Notes: generated by a model from the letters alone, not told the origin. Positions 49,748-63,774 are shown, numbered from the whole stretch's first letter. The stretch: 63,774 nt of DNA, filler included, from Pirum gemmata (GCA_002812295.1; 19 parts of 19 records of this genome joined end to end with filler, not necessarily neighbours in it); one strand, 5' to 3'. Program-made: numbers and translations.

Positions 49748-52275
49748 CTTTAGTTATCTAACTGTTTTCGGAAAAAATGTGAGAGCGCCGATCTTTTATT
49801 TTAAATAAAAAAATCCGCACGATAGATCTCAAACTCGGTTACTGAAGTTAACTAGTAAATAGGCAAGAACTCGTCTTAAAATATTTGCGGGAAAATCGTG
49901 AGAATTTTTATTTCGCTATTATTCTAGCCGAAAAATATGAAAAATGCGTCTTGGATATTTGCGAAAAAAAAGTGGCTTGGCTTCACCATATTTCGCTAAA
50001 TGTTCAAGACGAAAATATGAATATTTGCGAGAAAAACATGAAAAGCGTGTCCAACATTTGCGAGAAAATTTTAAAAAACGCGTCTTTAAATAATTGCGAG
50101 TGTTATTGTTATTGTTATTATTGTTATTGTTATTGTTATTGTTATTGTTATTGTTATTGTTATTGTTATTGTTATTGTTATTGTTATTCTTTTTGCTATT
50201 CCTATTGTTATTGTTATTGTTATTGTTATTGTTATTGTTATTGTTATTGTTATTGTTATTGTTATCGTTATTGTTATTGTTATTGTTATTGTTATTATTG
50301 TGCGAAAAATGCGCCTCGGTATATTTTTATAAAACAAAAGCATACAAACTAATATTTTGCTGTTATTCAAGCCGAAAAATATGAAAAATGTGTCTTGAAT
50401 ACTTGCGAGAGAGGGTTAGGGTTAGGGTTAGTGTTAGGGTTAGGGTTAGGAATAAAAAAAATCTAAGTATTACTTGTATTGAAAAAAATTAGAATGTACA
50501 GCAGTTCAAGTTAATAGACATTTGGCAAGAAAGCCCTGGATGACACCCTCTGATTATGTAGAGTTTTTAGCTTATCCTAATTGTGAAGGTAATTTGTTGT
50601 TAAGTTTCTTTTTAGCAAAACAACAAAACAACAAAACAACAAAGCAACAAAGCAACAAAACAACAAAACAAAACAAGAACAAAATAACAAAATAACAAAA
50701 TAACAAAATAACAAAATAACAAAATAACAAAATAACAAAATAACAAAATAACAAATAACAAAATAACAAATAACAAAATAACAAACAAAATAACCAANNN
50801 NNNNNNNNNNNNNNNNNNNNNNNNNNNNNNNNNNNNNNNNNTTAATTAATTAANNNNNNNNNNNNNNNNNNNNNNNNNNNNNNNNNNNNNNNNNNNNATG
50901 AAATGGATTCATATTGTATTAATTTGGTACTCTTTATTGTATACTTTATGATGACAAAACTACTGAAAAGCAGCACTATATCAGTTCAATTATTTATATT
51001 ATTCATATTAATATCATAGCTTTAGTATTTACTATTTTAAACATTCGCACTCTACGAGCGCGAACTGCATTTTATTAGTATTTTATTACACTTTTATTAC
51101 CTGGTGGTCTAGCTAGGGATAGTCTAGTGATGGTCTAGCTATCATATCAATAATAGTATAGATAATAGTATTGATATATAGCTAATTTATAAATAAACCA
51201 CAGTATGAGATATCATCTACTGGCTCTAATTTAAATATATCGATATATGACATCATATTAATATATAGTCGTATAATAATAAATAGACCTCTTTAATAAA
51301 TAATAATTATTTATGTTAGAATTAGTTGTCCGATAACTCCGATTACCTTAAAATTATTGAGCTTCTTGTGGATATCAAATTATCAGCCCCCGACTTCAAC
51401 CCGACTTCAGCCTTCCGCCCAGGCTCCAACTAACCAGACTAGCATAATAATATCATAACTAAACTACTGTATTACAAACTGTAGTATTAAAATACTCTTA
51501 GCTCTAGCTAGATGCATTTATTAATTAATATGATATGATAGAAGTTCATATATATAACTACTTATAATGTGATGGTATAGATAAAAGACTATAGATATAT
51601 ATATATATAGCAAAAATCCGGTTATAATCGTCGATTATAACCGGATTTTTGCTATATATATATCATAATAATATATGTAATAACCTGCGATAGTCTAATA
51701 ACAATAATAACAATAATAACAATAATAACAATATGATAATAACAATAATAAAACACTAGCTAGCTAGTACTATAATAACTATCAGTCTATCACGATAATG
51801 GTACCGGATATCGATGTCACTTCGATGTCAGTCCTCCAAAAAAGCACTTTTCTAGAACTAGACCAGGTCTACCACAACCATCTGCCTTAGCCTGTCTACC
51901 ATAATCTATCCTGATAATCTATCTGCCTTATAGTTATAGACTATGATATCATTGATATCATTATGAATTATGATTCATAATTATCCAAATCCAATATATT
52001 ATTAAATCTGCTTTCGACAGCCGGTCACAGCCCACTCCAAAGTCCAAGCTCCAAAGTGCTGTCTAAAGCAGAGCCCCCTCAAAAATACAAACAATTTTGA
52101 TATCTGATACGATATGAATCATATGATAGACTAGCTACGCAGCGCTACACTATAGCTCTATCGATAGCCTAGCTAGCTAGCTAGTATCGATAGCTCTAGT
52201 ATTGATATCGATAGCTTAGTATCACTTAGTATCATATTATCATAGTAATCTGTCATAGTAATATGATATCATATC

Positions 52276-52435
52276 GTGCATTTCATTTATTTTGTCACTC
52301 TGAATATTTATTTGGAGGGTTGTAATCTTTAAATTGACATTTTAAATCAATATACAGATAACAAAATATACCAAATTATATTAATTTGGTACTATTTATT
52401 GTATACTTTATAATGACAAAACAACTGAAAAGCAC
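52276..52435 (-). mobile_element. MITE family A copy (reverse, internal deletion)
   Basis: Reverse complement of 247-427, ending TGAAAAGCAC-TA. Confidence 0.8.
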
Positions 52436-52797
52436 TAGACTATAGCTCTATAGCTATCGACGCCATAATATCGTACTAAGGCTCGTAGGCAGGAGTCGTA
52501 GACTCGTAGCTAGCTAGCTAGCTAGCTAGAACGGGGATCTAATAAATAAGCGAGAAGCTCAAGAAAAATATGTTGAAATAGAGATGAAAGATCAGTTATT
52601 AAAAGATCGTATTAATACTTTTTTTTGGATATTAAATTTTGAATTTTAGACTATATATTTTTTTAAAATTCAAATAAAGGAAATAAACTGAAATATAATT
52701 TTATTATAAATATGTGTTTACGTATAATAAATTTCTTGTCATATTTTTATATATTTCTTGTTATATTTTTATTGACATTGAAATTGGTTTCTTTCTT

Positions 52798-52855
<58 letters not shown>

Positions 52856-52928
52856 TCATTATTCATGCCCATAATATGCACACAATTATATAAATTTTGC
52901 ATAATAAAAAAATACAAAACTTTTCAAA

Positions 52929-53995
52929 ATGATGATTTTATCAATAACAATTGGATTATTGTTATTCACAACGTGTTCAGTATCAGCTCAGAGTAGTGGG
53001 GTATGTATTGATACAAACTTGGATACCTGTGAAGATTGCAGTACTATTAGAGCCCGATACCATTGTAAGGACACCTGCGGCACATGTGATATGTGCCAAA
53101 GAAACCGCAAATCTCACTGCTATTTGGGTTGTGATAATGATCAATGTTGTGATTATTTTTCTCAAAGTCGTTGCACCCGGGCAAAAGATTCTGGACGCTG
53201 TGATAAAAACCATGATCAGTATGACAAGTATGCTATGCTGTGTGCTAGCACTTGCCAAGCTTGTAATGATATTGATACTGATAAAGATGGTGATGGTGAT
53301 GGTGATGGTGATGGTGATGGTGATGGTGATGGTGATGGTGATGGTGATGGTGATGGTGATGATAATATAGTAGGCATGGGCCCTGATGGAAAATGTGACA
53401 ATATTCGCAAAGATTGGTTCCAGATGTCTCATAAAGAGAAAAGTACTTACGTTGCCGCTCTTCAGCGTTTAATTGATACTGATGCTTATCAATCCGTCAA
53501 TGCATACCACGTGGTAACTTCAGAGCATTCTACAGCTTATGATGTTCAAATGCATAATACTGTTTATTTGTTTCATTGGCATCGTGCGTTTCTTTTCGAG
53601 TTCGAAGAACAGTTGAGAAGACTTGGAGGCGAATTTAGTTGCCTTTCCTTACCGTACTGGGATTGGTCAAAGTCTTTAACCGAACTACAGGATAAAGGTG
53701 ATGGAATAAGGGATTTTCATGATGTTGAAATGCTTCAGCGAGAATTAACAACCGAAAATTGTGCTGACGAGACCGTCTGTACACCATATGGCAACATTGG
53801 CCCGATTCCAGCGTATAATCCTAATGATTTATTCAGTCGTAGAACTGTACGTTTCGCAACAGGATTCGAGGATAGTAATCAATTCATGAGTCGTATTCAA
53901 ATTGATGATTACTTGGAAGAATGGAAGAAAACTGTTTTGAAAGGTCACATCGCCATCCATAATTATAACGTAGGCCAAATGAGCGATATGGAAAG
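52929..53995 (+). CDS. Secreted tyrosinase (type-3 copper protein) with N-terminal ShKT-like Cys repeats and a (GD)n linker; 3' exon(s) missing
   Basis: Signal peptide; C..TCGTC and CASTCQAC; IRKDW..MS..EK; CuA region YH...MHN..LFHWHR; LPYWDW; CuB start HIAIH; AAG|GTAATT donor at 53996. Confidence 0.9.
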
Positions 53996-54953
53996 GTAAT
54001 TACAGTTTGTTATCTCATTGTTTTATTATTAATTATTAATATTATTATTATTATTATNNNNNNNNNNNNNNNNNNNNNNNNNNNNNNNNNNNNNNNNNNN
54101 NTTAATTAATTAANNNNNNNNNNNNNNNNNNNNNNNNNNNNNNNNNNNNNNNNNNNNTTATTGTTATATTTATTATTATTATTATTATTATTGTATATTG
54201 ATCAAACTTACAGCCAAGGACTTTTTGGAAGTCCTTGAAAAAAGTCATACTGTAGCTAGCTACTAGCTAGTAGAGTTTCTAAAAAAATTTCTCGAGCAGG
54301 TGAAGGCGTAGGACTCGGTAGAAGTGCTTGGAGAAGGCCAAAGATCAAAGACTGAACACTACTGAAACACTGAAACACCAAAAGGCAGTCAAAAGGCTCT
54401 CCCCAAAGGCTCTCCCTCTCCCCAAAGGCTCTCCCCAAAGGCTCTCCCCAAAGGCTCAATTTGAAACACTCTAGCTAGCTATTCTCCTGTCTGTATAATA
54501 TTATTATGATATCGGATAGATTATCATATAAAAATAGAGCTAGATTTTCTTACGTCATTTTTTATAAATATAGAAATTTGTTGAAGCCGGTCTAATAATA
54601 ATATCGATATCATATCGATAGTATCGATATCATAATCTATCGATAATAGTAGACTAGCTAGTAGCTAGCTAGCTAGCTAGCTAGTATCTGATAGTATAGA
54701 TATCAGATAGTAGTGCTATCATATCATAAGTAGTTACTGCTCTAGCTAGCTAGCTTTACTAACACCGATGCCATTGCTACTTACTGCTCTGGTACTACCA
54801 CTACTACCACTTCCTTGGTAATCATCTCCTATAGCTCGTACCTCTTGCGAGGGTGATTTTTTGCTGCTGCTATTATTATTATTGTTGTTAGTCTATTATT
54901 ATTATTATCATCATTATCATCATTATTATTATCATTAATTATTATTATCATCA

Positions 54954-54995
<42 letters not shown>

Positions 54996-57137
54996 TATTG
55001 ATAGAATATCAATGAATGATATTACAAATGAAAAATCTAAAATGAAAAATGGAACCAGCTGTCTGGTATTATTACTCAGTGGTATTATCTCTAGGTCTAG
55101 CTAGTAGCTAGCTAGAGACTAATTTTAATAAGATATCAATATCCAATTTCCAATATGATGACGCAGTATTAATCTATATGACGTCACAAATCAAATAGCA
55201 CATTATTATTATTATACTGAATTATTATTATTTAGTTATTTTTATTATCATATTATTATTACTCTTATTATTATTATTATTATCCTTGTTGTTTATTATT
55301 ATTATTATTATTATTATTATCATTATTATATTATTAATTTATTGTTATTATTATTATTTTTATCAAAAAATTAGGATTAAAATTAGCATACTTTCTTAAT
55401 TAAGTAACTTTTCCTTATTTACAAACCTACTTTTTAAAAAGCTTATTATTATAGTATTATTATTCATATTATTATTGTTCTTTTCATTTATTTTGTCACT
55501 CTGAATATTTATTTGGTAGATCATAACCTTTTAATTGACATTTTTTAAATGAATAAATGGCTAATAAAATATACCAAATTTTATATTATATTATATTAAT
55601 TTCGTACTTTCTATTTTATATTTTATGATGCCAAAAGTATGCCAAAAGGGCCCAAAACAACTGAAAAGCACTATAAAATTTTTATATGAATATTAGTCTA
55701 GTTAAATACTGGTATTCAGTGCCGGTATTCAAACAGTATTCAGACAGTATTCAGACTAGCTACTAGCTAGGTATTCAGAATTTCAATTACTAGTTCAATT
55801 ACTGTATTGGGTCGGTATTCCTTATTTGAAAACCTTTTTGGTCAATCAAATTTCAGAAATTTCCATGGCCACCAAAACACTCCAAAACATGTTCAAACTT
55901 CAAACTTCAAAGGTGTTGTTCTACCTAGGTTGTTCTACATAAACGTAGTATAAACGTGTAGTAGTATTGATAGTCTAGCTAGACCTACCCAGTAGAGTCG
56001 GGGCCTGAGTAGCTACTCTACCACAAAACTGGTGGCGTGAGATTTCAGGGGAAAAAATATTAGTAAAATTTCTAGATGAGCAAATAAATCAAGGTAAATC
56101 AAGTTTAGACATTCAGGCAACAAGTTCTCTGCCAGTACTACTACTACTAGCTAGTATCATAGGTAGAGCTAGCTAGGCTAGCTAGTATCGAGGGGGTGAT
56201 AGTATCATAGCTACTAGCTAGCTAGTAGTAGCAGCTGAAGCTTAGTCTAGCCCTGGTAGTCTACTCTAGCTATCTACTTGGCAGGTCTATGAGCTAGTGT
56301 CTATGAGCTTGGCATGTCTACTCATGGCTTTTCAAAAACTGAAATAAACGTACCAAATTATTATTATGGTCAAACTATCAAACATGTTTTAATTAATTTT
56401 ATAAACAAGTTCAATTATACACTTAAAAAAACAGTACCAAATTCAAGCTAGCTAGTAGCTAGCTCAGGAGGACAACTGCAATGAAAGACGGTGGGGTGGC
56501 TGTTATGGCTCTCTGCCAACTCTACCCTGTCTTGAAAACTATCATAAAATTTCTATACTCGAGTAGTACTCGAGTACTACTCGAGTCTAGCTAGGTTCTT
56601 GAAATATCACTATATGATAGTCCTTGAAATATCTATTGATACCTACTAGCTACCTACTAGCTAGCTAGCTACTAGCTACTACTGTAGAGTCTACTAGTAG
56701 CTATGATACTGAGCTATGATAGTTAACTAAGTATTAGCAGTATCAACTCTCAAGACCGCTCTATATAATAATTACAATAAATAATATACGAAAAGAAAAA
56801 CAATAATATAATAACTTAAGAAAAATTCAAACTGTGTATTGATAGTTATGTATACTATATATAACCTATCTATTCTTGCTCATAAATCGTTAATAATTAT
56901 ATAGTTATTAATTATTATCAAGGCTGCGTTATTATTTATTTTTTAACACATTTTATTGTAGTTTTTCACATATTGCACTATGGCAAACCCTAATATACAG
57001 GAGATGTTCAAAGACTTGGCTCTCCAAATGGAGTCCCATAGTTATGATGCTGGCTCTAAAGTCGCTGTTAAAAGTATTTACCAACCATGCATGTCCTTGA
57101 CCTTGACGCACACACCCTTTAGCAACATGTAGTATCA

Positions 57138-57255
<118 letters not shown>

Positions 57256-57442
57256 AACAAAACATCTATCTTTTCCTTCTCTTCATTTTATTTTCAAGTT
57301 TATTTTCAGATTTATTTTCTGGTGCCGTACTCATTTCTTGTTNNNNNNNNNNNNNNNNNNNNNNNNNNNNNNNNNNNNNNNNNNNNTTAATTAATTAANN
57401 NNNNNNNNNNNNNNNNNNNNNNNNNNNNNNNNNNNNNNNNNN

Positions 57443-57550
57443 TTATTTATTAATAAACCCGAAAAATATGAAAAAAAAAATTTTTTCGAACGGAGCTGAA
57501 TTTTGGCTTTTTTTTGACAGTAGAAATTCGAGTTTTCGGGTTGGCAGAAT
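57443..57550 (+). repeat. Dispersed repeat family J
   Basis: TTATTAATAAACCCGAAAAAT...TTCGAACGGAGCTGAATTTTG also at about 46170-46285, 58700-58995 (tandem) and 59780-60090. Confidence 0.75.
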
Positions 57551-57689
57551 TATCTCAAAAATAATTAATTTTTTTGACAAATCATATCTGGGATATAACA
57601 AATCCACCCCCACCCTCGAAGCTCGAAGTTACCACAACCAAACAAACACTACCAAACCCTAAGAGGTCATCATCATCATCATCATCATC

Positions 57690-57730
<41 letters not shown>

Positions 57731-57731
57731 T

Positions 57732-57768
<37 letters not shown>

Positions 57769-60105
57769 GATAACTGATAAGACTTGTTTGTTGTTTGTAG
57801 TTTGTTGTTTGTAGTTTGTTTGTTTGTAGTTTGTTTGTTTGTTTGTTTGTTTGTTATTTGTTATTTGTTATTTGTTATTTGTTATTTGTTATTTGTTATT
57901 TGTTATTTGTTATTAATTTTGTTATTTGTAAATGTTGTTTGTTATTTGTTGTTTGTTTGTTATTACTTGTTTGTTATTTGTTTTGTGCTATTTGTTTTGT
58001 GTTATTTATTAAATTTATTTATTAATTTATAAAAAAATAAAAAATAAAAATAAAAAGCTATGTTGTATTATATCATAAAAAAATATTATAACAATAATAA
58101 TTATATAAAATACATAATAATAATCCAACCATTTAGCGCTTTTATGACATTGGGGAAACTTTGAAGGGCTAGCTAGGGCGGAGGGGTGACACCTATAAGA
58201 GTCTATATAAATTCCGCAACCCGCAGCCATTACGGCTTCCCAATTAAGTAAATTATAAACCATATATAGTAAAATAATTGGCTTTTTTGGAACAATAAAT
58301 TATAAACCATATATAGTAAAATAATTGGTATTTTTGGAACAGTGTTAATATGGTAAATTAAGCTAATTTAAATAGCCCAATTAAGTAAATTGTAAAGCAT
58401 AAATAGTAAAATAATTGCCTTTTTTGGAACCCTAACCCTAACCCTAACCCTAACCCTAAACCTAACCCTAAACCTAACCCTAACCCTAACCCTAACCCTA
58501 ACCCTAACGCTAAACCTAAACCTAACCCTAACCCTAACCCTAACCCTTTTTTTTAAAATATAAAAGTCACACCCGCAGCGGAAAATGAAAATTTCGGGGC
58601 CATATTGAAGGGGCGTCACTCTTCCTTGGGAATCCTTCTATGAGTCATAGCGGAATTTGACCAGAATTTTTGAGAATTTCTCCCAATTCTGCTCTTTTTT
58701 AAAAATCGAGTTTTCAAGCCTATTTATTAATTAAATAAGTTCGAAATTTTGAACTTACAATTAAGTATTCAAATATATTTATTTATTAATAAACCCGAAA
58801 AAAATGGGTAAAATAATTTTCAAACAGAGCTAATTAACAAGTTCGAAATGTTCAAACTTACAATTAATTATTCAAATATATTCATTTATTAATAAACCCG
58901 AAAAATATGAAAAAAAAAAATATTTTTCGAACGGAGCTGAATTTTGGCTTTTTTTTGACAGCAGAAATTCGACTTTTCGCCGCGTTTTCGGGCTCGAGGT
59001 CTCCCAGTGGGAGAGGTAATGGGAGAGGTCTCCCAGTGGGAGAGGTAATTACAATACAGAAGCAAAACTGACTATTATTCGTTAAAAAAAGAATTTTTCA
59101 GTTATTCTTTTCGTTGTCGACTTTTTATTTGTCAAAGAATAAGTTGGCGTTTTCTTTTCACTTCCTCTTGAGTGACACAATGAGTGTAGACAAAAATTAC
59201 AATGAGTGTGTACACAAATATACAAAAGCCATATATACATATTAGCTGTAGAAACGGTTTATTTAATTTTAAAAAACAAAAAAAAAAAACTCTTTTTATT
59301 CTAACCCTAACCTTAACCCTAACCTTAACCCTAACCTTAACCCTAACCCTAACCTTAACCCTAACCCTAACCTTAACCCTAACCCTAACCCTAACCCTAA
59401 CCCTAACCCTAACCCTAACCCTAACCCTAACCCTAACCCTAACCCTACAGTCTTAACCCTAACCCTAACTCTTTTAACCCACTAACGTTAACCCTTGCCT
59501 TACAACTCGTATCATATTGAATTTTATATTATAGTTCTTTTCAGATGTTTTGTCATCATAAAGTATACAATAAACAGTACCAAATAAATACAATATAAAT
59601 CCATTTTATTAAATTTGGTATATTTTATTATATATTTATTTATTTAAAAGTATCAATTTAAATATTATAAACAACCAAAATAAATAAAAAGCACGATATT
59701 ATACAAGAAGAAGAAAAGCAGGTGTGTTATTTTGTTATTGGTTTTTGTTGGTTGGTTTGTTGGAAAATATTAATTTTAATAAGTTCGAAATGTTCAAGTA
59801 TTCAATTTAGTTTTCAAATATATTTATTTATTAATAAATCCGAAAAATACGAAATAAAAATATTTTTCGAACTGAGCTAGATAATTAGACTTCTCCGAAT
59901 TCTGCCCGGGCAGAATTTGGCCTTTTTCGAGAAATGACAAAATGGTGTTTTTCCTCTCTAACTCGATCAAAAATTAATTTTTCGAATTTATGTATTTATT
60001 AATAAAATCGAAAAAATTAATTTCGAACAGCTCGGCAGAAATCGAGCTTTTCGGGGTAGAAGGCAGAAGCGGAAAATCGAGTTTTTAGGGGCAGTCTAAA
60101 AAAAT

Positions 60106-60336
60106 AGTAGGGGTGAGATGATGTCATTTTATTATTACCGAACAGCTGCCCGAACTTTTCCGATTTTGTTGTTTTATTACTATTAATGTTAATATTATTA
60201 CTTTATTTGGTATCCTTTATAATTAAATTTGATATTTTAAGCTATTTAACTACTATTATTAGAAAAGAACACTGAACTAAGGTTGGCTCGATAAGAACCT
60301 GTTCGAAAAAAGTTCCAGTAGATATCTCACCCGTAG
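60106..60336 (-). mobile_element. MITE family B copy (reverse)
   Basis: Reverse complement of 49333-49566. Confidence 0.85.
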
Positions 60337-60916
60337 ATTGTAGAACTATTGTAGAAACAAAAGGAAATCTTTTTTGAGCCAATTCCCAATTACATAATAA
60401 TATTATATTTTTTTATTTATTTATTTATTTATTTATTTATTTTATTTTCAAATAATATGTCACGTCAAGGGGTAGGTAGGTAGGTGGTATTTGACCGGAA
60501 ATTAACGTCGAGGGGTAGGTAGTNNNNNNNNNNNNNNNNNNNNNNNNNNNNNNNNNNNNNNNNNNNNTTAATTAATTAANNNNNNNNNNNNNNNNNNNNN
60601 NNNNNNNNNNNNNNNNNNNNNNNTAATAATAATAAATTCTGTTGAGTTACAGGCATTAATATAATTCTATGGAGGACATTAGAAAAGGACCTTAAAAATG
60701 TGACAAAATAGGATTTTTTGGAAATTATCCTAAAATATAGTTCAAAATAGGACAAAATAGGATTTTTCGAAATTTCCAAAAAAAAATTGTAGTTCGACTA
60801 CTAAATATAGATCAAAAGTACCAAATATAAGAGCAAAATAGGACTTTTACATATTTGACTTGAAAAAATGGGATAAAAAATAGTAATTTTTTGTCCTCCT
60901 GCACATGCGAAAAAAA

Positions 60917-60948
<32 letters not shown>

Positions 60949-62276
60949 TTGGTTTGTACCTAATGCATAAAACTGAAGTGTTGTATCTATCAAGGTTTTT
61001 TCATGAGCGTGAAGTTGATATTTGGTCCTTTCTTATTCTTTTTTTCCTTATTCCTTAATTTTTTCTTTGTTTTTTTCTCAGATTTTTTCTTGGATTTCTT
61101 TGATTTTTTACATTTTTTTCCTTATTTATTACTACTGTCTTTTCGATTTGTTCTTTCTTCTTTTTTTTTAACTGACTATCTGGGGGATATTCTCTTTATC
61201 GTCGAATTGTGCTTGTTGTGTTACTGTAGGAATGATACTACTATTGTTGATGCGTTGTTGCAATGTTTTCGGTTTATACGCATCAACTGCGAGTGTGCTT
61301 TTATGGCTACAGTTTTTGTTTGCCAAGTAAGTGACAATAGTGGTACGAGCAGCTTTTGAGGTGATATGCTTTAATGTAAACCCCAGTAGAATGGGGATCA
61401 TCTGAGCATACTCTTTAACCATGCTTACTTCGCAGCAGGAATGAGTATGCTTATAAACACACTATACTAACGTGTATGCCTCTTCATATAAGTGGGTTTT
61501 GGTACCAGGAGGAATAGTAACCTCCAAGCGTTCATTACCAAATGATGTTTGTTAATAGTACATTAGTATGGAGAATGTTTTATTATAACAGTCATCTGCG
61601 CTCATTCCCAAACGAAAAAAGAAAATTGCTAGTACACGACTTCTCAAAAAACCTCACGTTTGAGGTCTCTTTATATTGGGAAGTCAACGCTAGCAATATT
61701 TCATTTACTTGTTCATCTGAAATGAATCAACATCTTCTAGGTACATTATCGATATAGCTTACTGTTTTTTTTATCTTTTCACCTGAATCGTTAATGTGGG
61801 GTAGTGCTATCATTCTTTTTACAATATGTCTTTTTTGTACGTGATTATATTCAACCGCTAATAAATCATATAATTTTTTATCAGAAAAAGAAAAATTGTA
61901 AAAAACAAGTGATATTTTTTTTTTTAGAAACTTCTCCTGCAGTTTCACCTTACCAAGACAACAAATACCTCAAATTAAAGATTCAGGTAGAAAAGAAATA
62001 AAAAAAATAGTAAGCTATATCATGAATGTACCTAGAAGATGCTCATTCTTTTCAGATGAGCAAGAAAATGAAATATTGCTAGCGTTTACTTCCAAACAAA
62101 GAAACCTCAAACGTAAGGTTTTGGAGAAGTCATGTACTAGCAATGTTTCGTTTGGGAATAAGGGTAGATGAATGTGTTATAACATTCTCGATACTAATGC
62201 TGTATGTTGGACGATTGGAGGTTACTATTCCTCCTGATACTATACACCACTTATATTAAGAGGTACACAAGTTATC

Positions 62277-62487
62277 AGGGAGATACGGGGAAAACATAAT
62301 CGAATCAAACAGCTCGATCCTAATTAAAAAATAGTGACAATTTTGAAATGATATTCTTTCGTTTTTGTATTTCAAATTTTTTCTAGGAAATTTCTAATGA
62401 AATCAAAAGTGAGTCAATACTTAAAATTAGATCGAAAAATTTCGAAAATCCGAACTCGTCTCGATTCGAAGGTTTTTCCCGCATCTC
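62277..62487 (-). mobile_element. MITE family D copy nested in the relic
   Basis: Reverse complement of 48422-48657; the host sequence resumes on the other side. Confidence 0.8.
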
Positions 62488-62590
62488 ATAGAGTTTGTTT
62501 GTATAATGCTCATTGCTCCTGTAAAGTAAGCGTGGTTGAAGAGTACGCTTAGATGATCCCTGGTGTTGAACGGTTGGAGGTTACTATTCC

Positions 62591-62889
62591 TTTTTTTTTT
62601 TTTTTGAATTTTGGAGTTCTGCTTACCTGCATCTCGGGAGAGGTTCGCACATTCCGACCTACCATTCCTCCCCAGCCTGAGTAGTTCCACCATGTTCTGA
62701 GACCATGGTTTCCCTCCAGAGGTTGTTGGCTTTTTTGCCATATTTTTGGTGTGTACTTTTTATTATTGCGTTCATGTCTTTAGGGGAAAATAGCGAAAAC
62801 CTCACATGATTTCATTGCGACCTATGGATTCGAACCCCAGTCATTCAAACTGGTTGATAGTCAACTCAACCACTCTGCCACCCGAGAGC
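62591..62889 (-). mobile_element. tRNA-derived SINE-like element with poly(A) tail, nested insertion
   Basis: Minus strand: A box TGGCAGAGTGG, B box GGTTCGAATCC, 15-nt poly(A). Flanks CTATTCCT / CTATTTCT resemble a TSD within the host GTTACTATTCCTCCTGG. Confidence 0.7.
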
Positions 62890-63774
62890 TATTTCTTCCT
62901 GGTACGAAACACCACTTATATAAAGAGGCACACAAAATATTAGAGTGTGTTTGTAAGAATGCTCATTGCCAATGCGAAGTAAGCGTGGTTAAAGAGTACG
63001 CTCGGATGATCACCAGATCAATTGAGCCAATTCATTTTTTCCGAAACGTTAAAAAAAAAAAATGATAAGTTGGCCTTTGTTCTAGAAAACCGGGGGCTTA
63101 CGAGGGATGTTGAGATGTATCATACAGTGCAATTTTATTCTGTAATTCTCTATTGCAAGTTCCATCTGAGAAAAAACTTAAGAAAAGAACAGGAAAGGAC
63201 CAAATACCAACTTCGTGCTTATGAACAAAACCTTGGTATAAATTTTATGTATTAGGTATAAAAAAACCAACTTGGTTTTCTGTATTCGCATTTTTTTTTA
63301 GGTTGAGCGGAGCCGACTTGTCAAAAAACCGTGGTTTAAATTTTTTGCACTATACACATAAAACTATCAATTTTTTTTAAATTAAATTATCAAACCTTGT
63401 TCTAGCGAGTGCGAAAGGGTAGGCGACGGTAGCGCCACACGTGCTTGAAACAGTGCCACAGGCTAACATTAAGAGAGTACTTGGTTCCGAAAAATCGCCT
63501 TTAGCGCAATATTTTCGATTATACCATTCATTCAAAACGGTTTTTAAAGTTTCGTAAGTGGCTAAATCGATTGCGGCATACGGGGCTACACCAATCAGGG
63601 CAGCCCCTGTAAATTAACATAACCAAATTATACATAATTAATTAATCAATGACTCAAATACTCAATAAACAAATAAATGAATATAAGAATATTAAACTAA
63701 ATTAAATAAAAGAAATTGAAATCACATTAACCCTAATCCTAATCCTAATCCTAACCCTAACCCTAACCCTAACC

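Larger units (their letters stand above)
61395..63255. pseudogene. Decayed coding relic in three partial copies (inverted and tandem), possibly a MULE transposase
   Basis: 61395-61763 is the inverted homolog of 62008-62560, with a third copy at 62565-63015. Peptides CVCKNAHCQCEVSVVKEY and downstream TRD...ILYCKFHLRKNL resemble MULE Zn-finger and CxxH motifs; many stops. Confidence 0.35.

Noticed and set aside
56953..57125. Possible terminal exon on the minus strand
   Set aside because: The ORF starts in a (TG)n repeat, has no recognisable motif, and its acceptor is uncertain
63727..63774. True chromosome end
   Set aside because: C-strand repeats at a right-hand end have the wrong polarity, and identical arrays are interstitial throughout the window

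Overview
This is not a continuous locus. It is 19 short (about 3-4 kb) scaffolds from an AT-rich, intron-bearing eukaryote, probably a protist with a TTAGGG-type telomere repeat. They are joined by an artificial 100-nt spacer (44 N + TTAATTAATTAA + 44 N), so adjacency across spacers has no meaning. Most listed ORFs are microsatellite shadows. Retroelements: two Ty1/copia fragments, one an intact RT-RNaseH with an in-frame poly-Asn tract and a TGTTG...CAACA 3' LTR inside a permease intron, the other frameshifted, plus two tRNA-derived SINE-like elements. DNA elements: a hAT transposase with one frameshift, a possible MULE relic, and at least six MITE families, some with resolvable TIRs, TSDs and nesting. 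Spliced host-gene fragments: a secreted Cys-repeat tyrosinase, a NUDT15-like Nudix last exon, a Cys-repeat + DUF1080 gene, an RD/RGG-rich protein, a probable DIMT1 first exon, a permease exon and several unknown genes. The most notable patterns are interstitial telomere-like arrays (often filling introns), pervasive self-complementary TAGC/CTATGATAG filler DNA, and several MITE families sharing an AG(T/G)AGGG..GAGAT terminus. All family assignments come from motif recognition by eye, not database searches.
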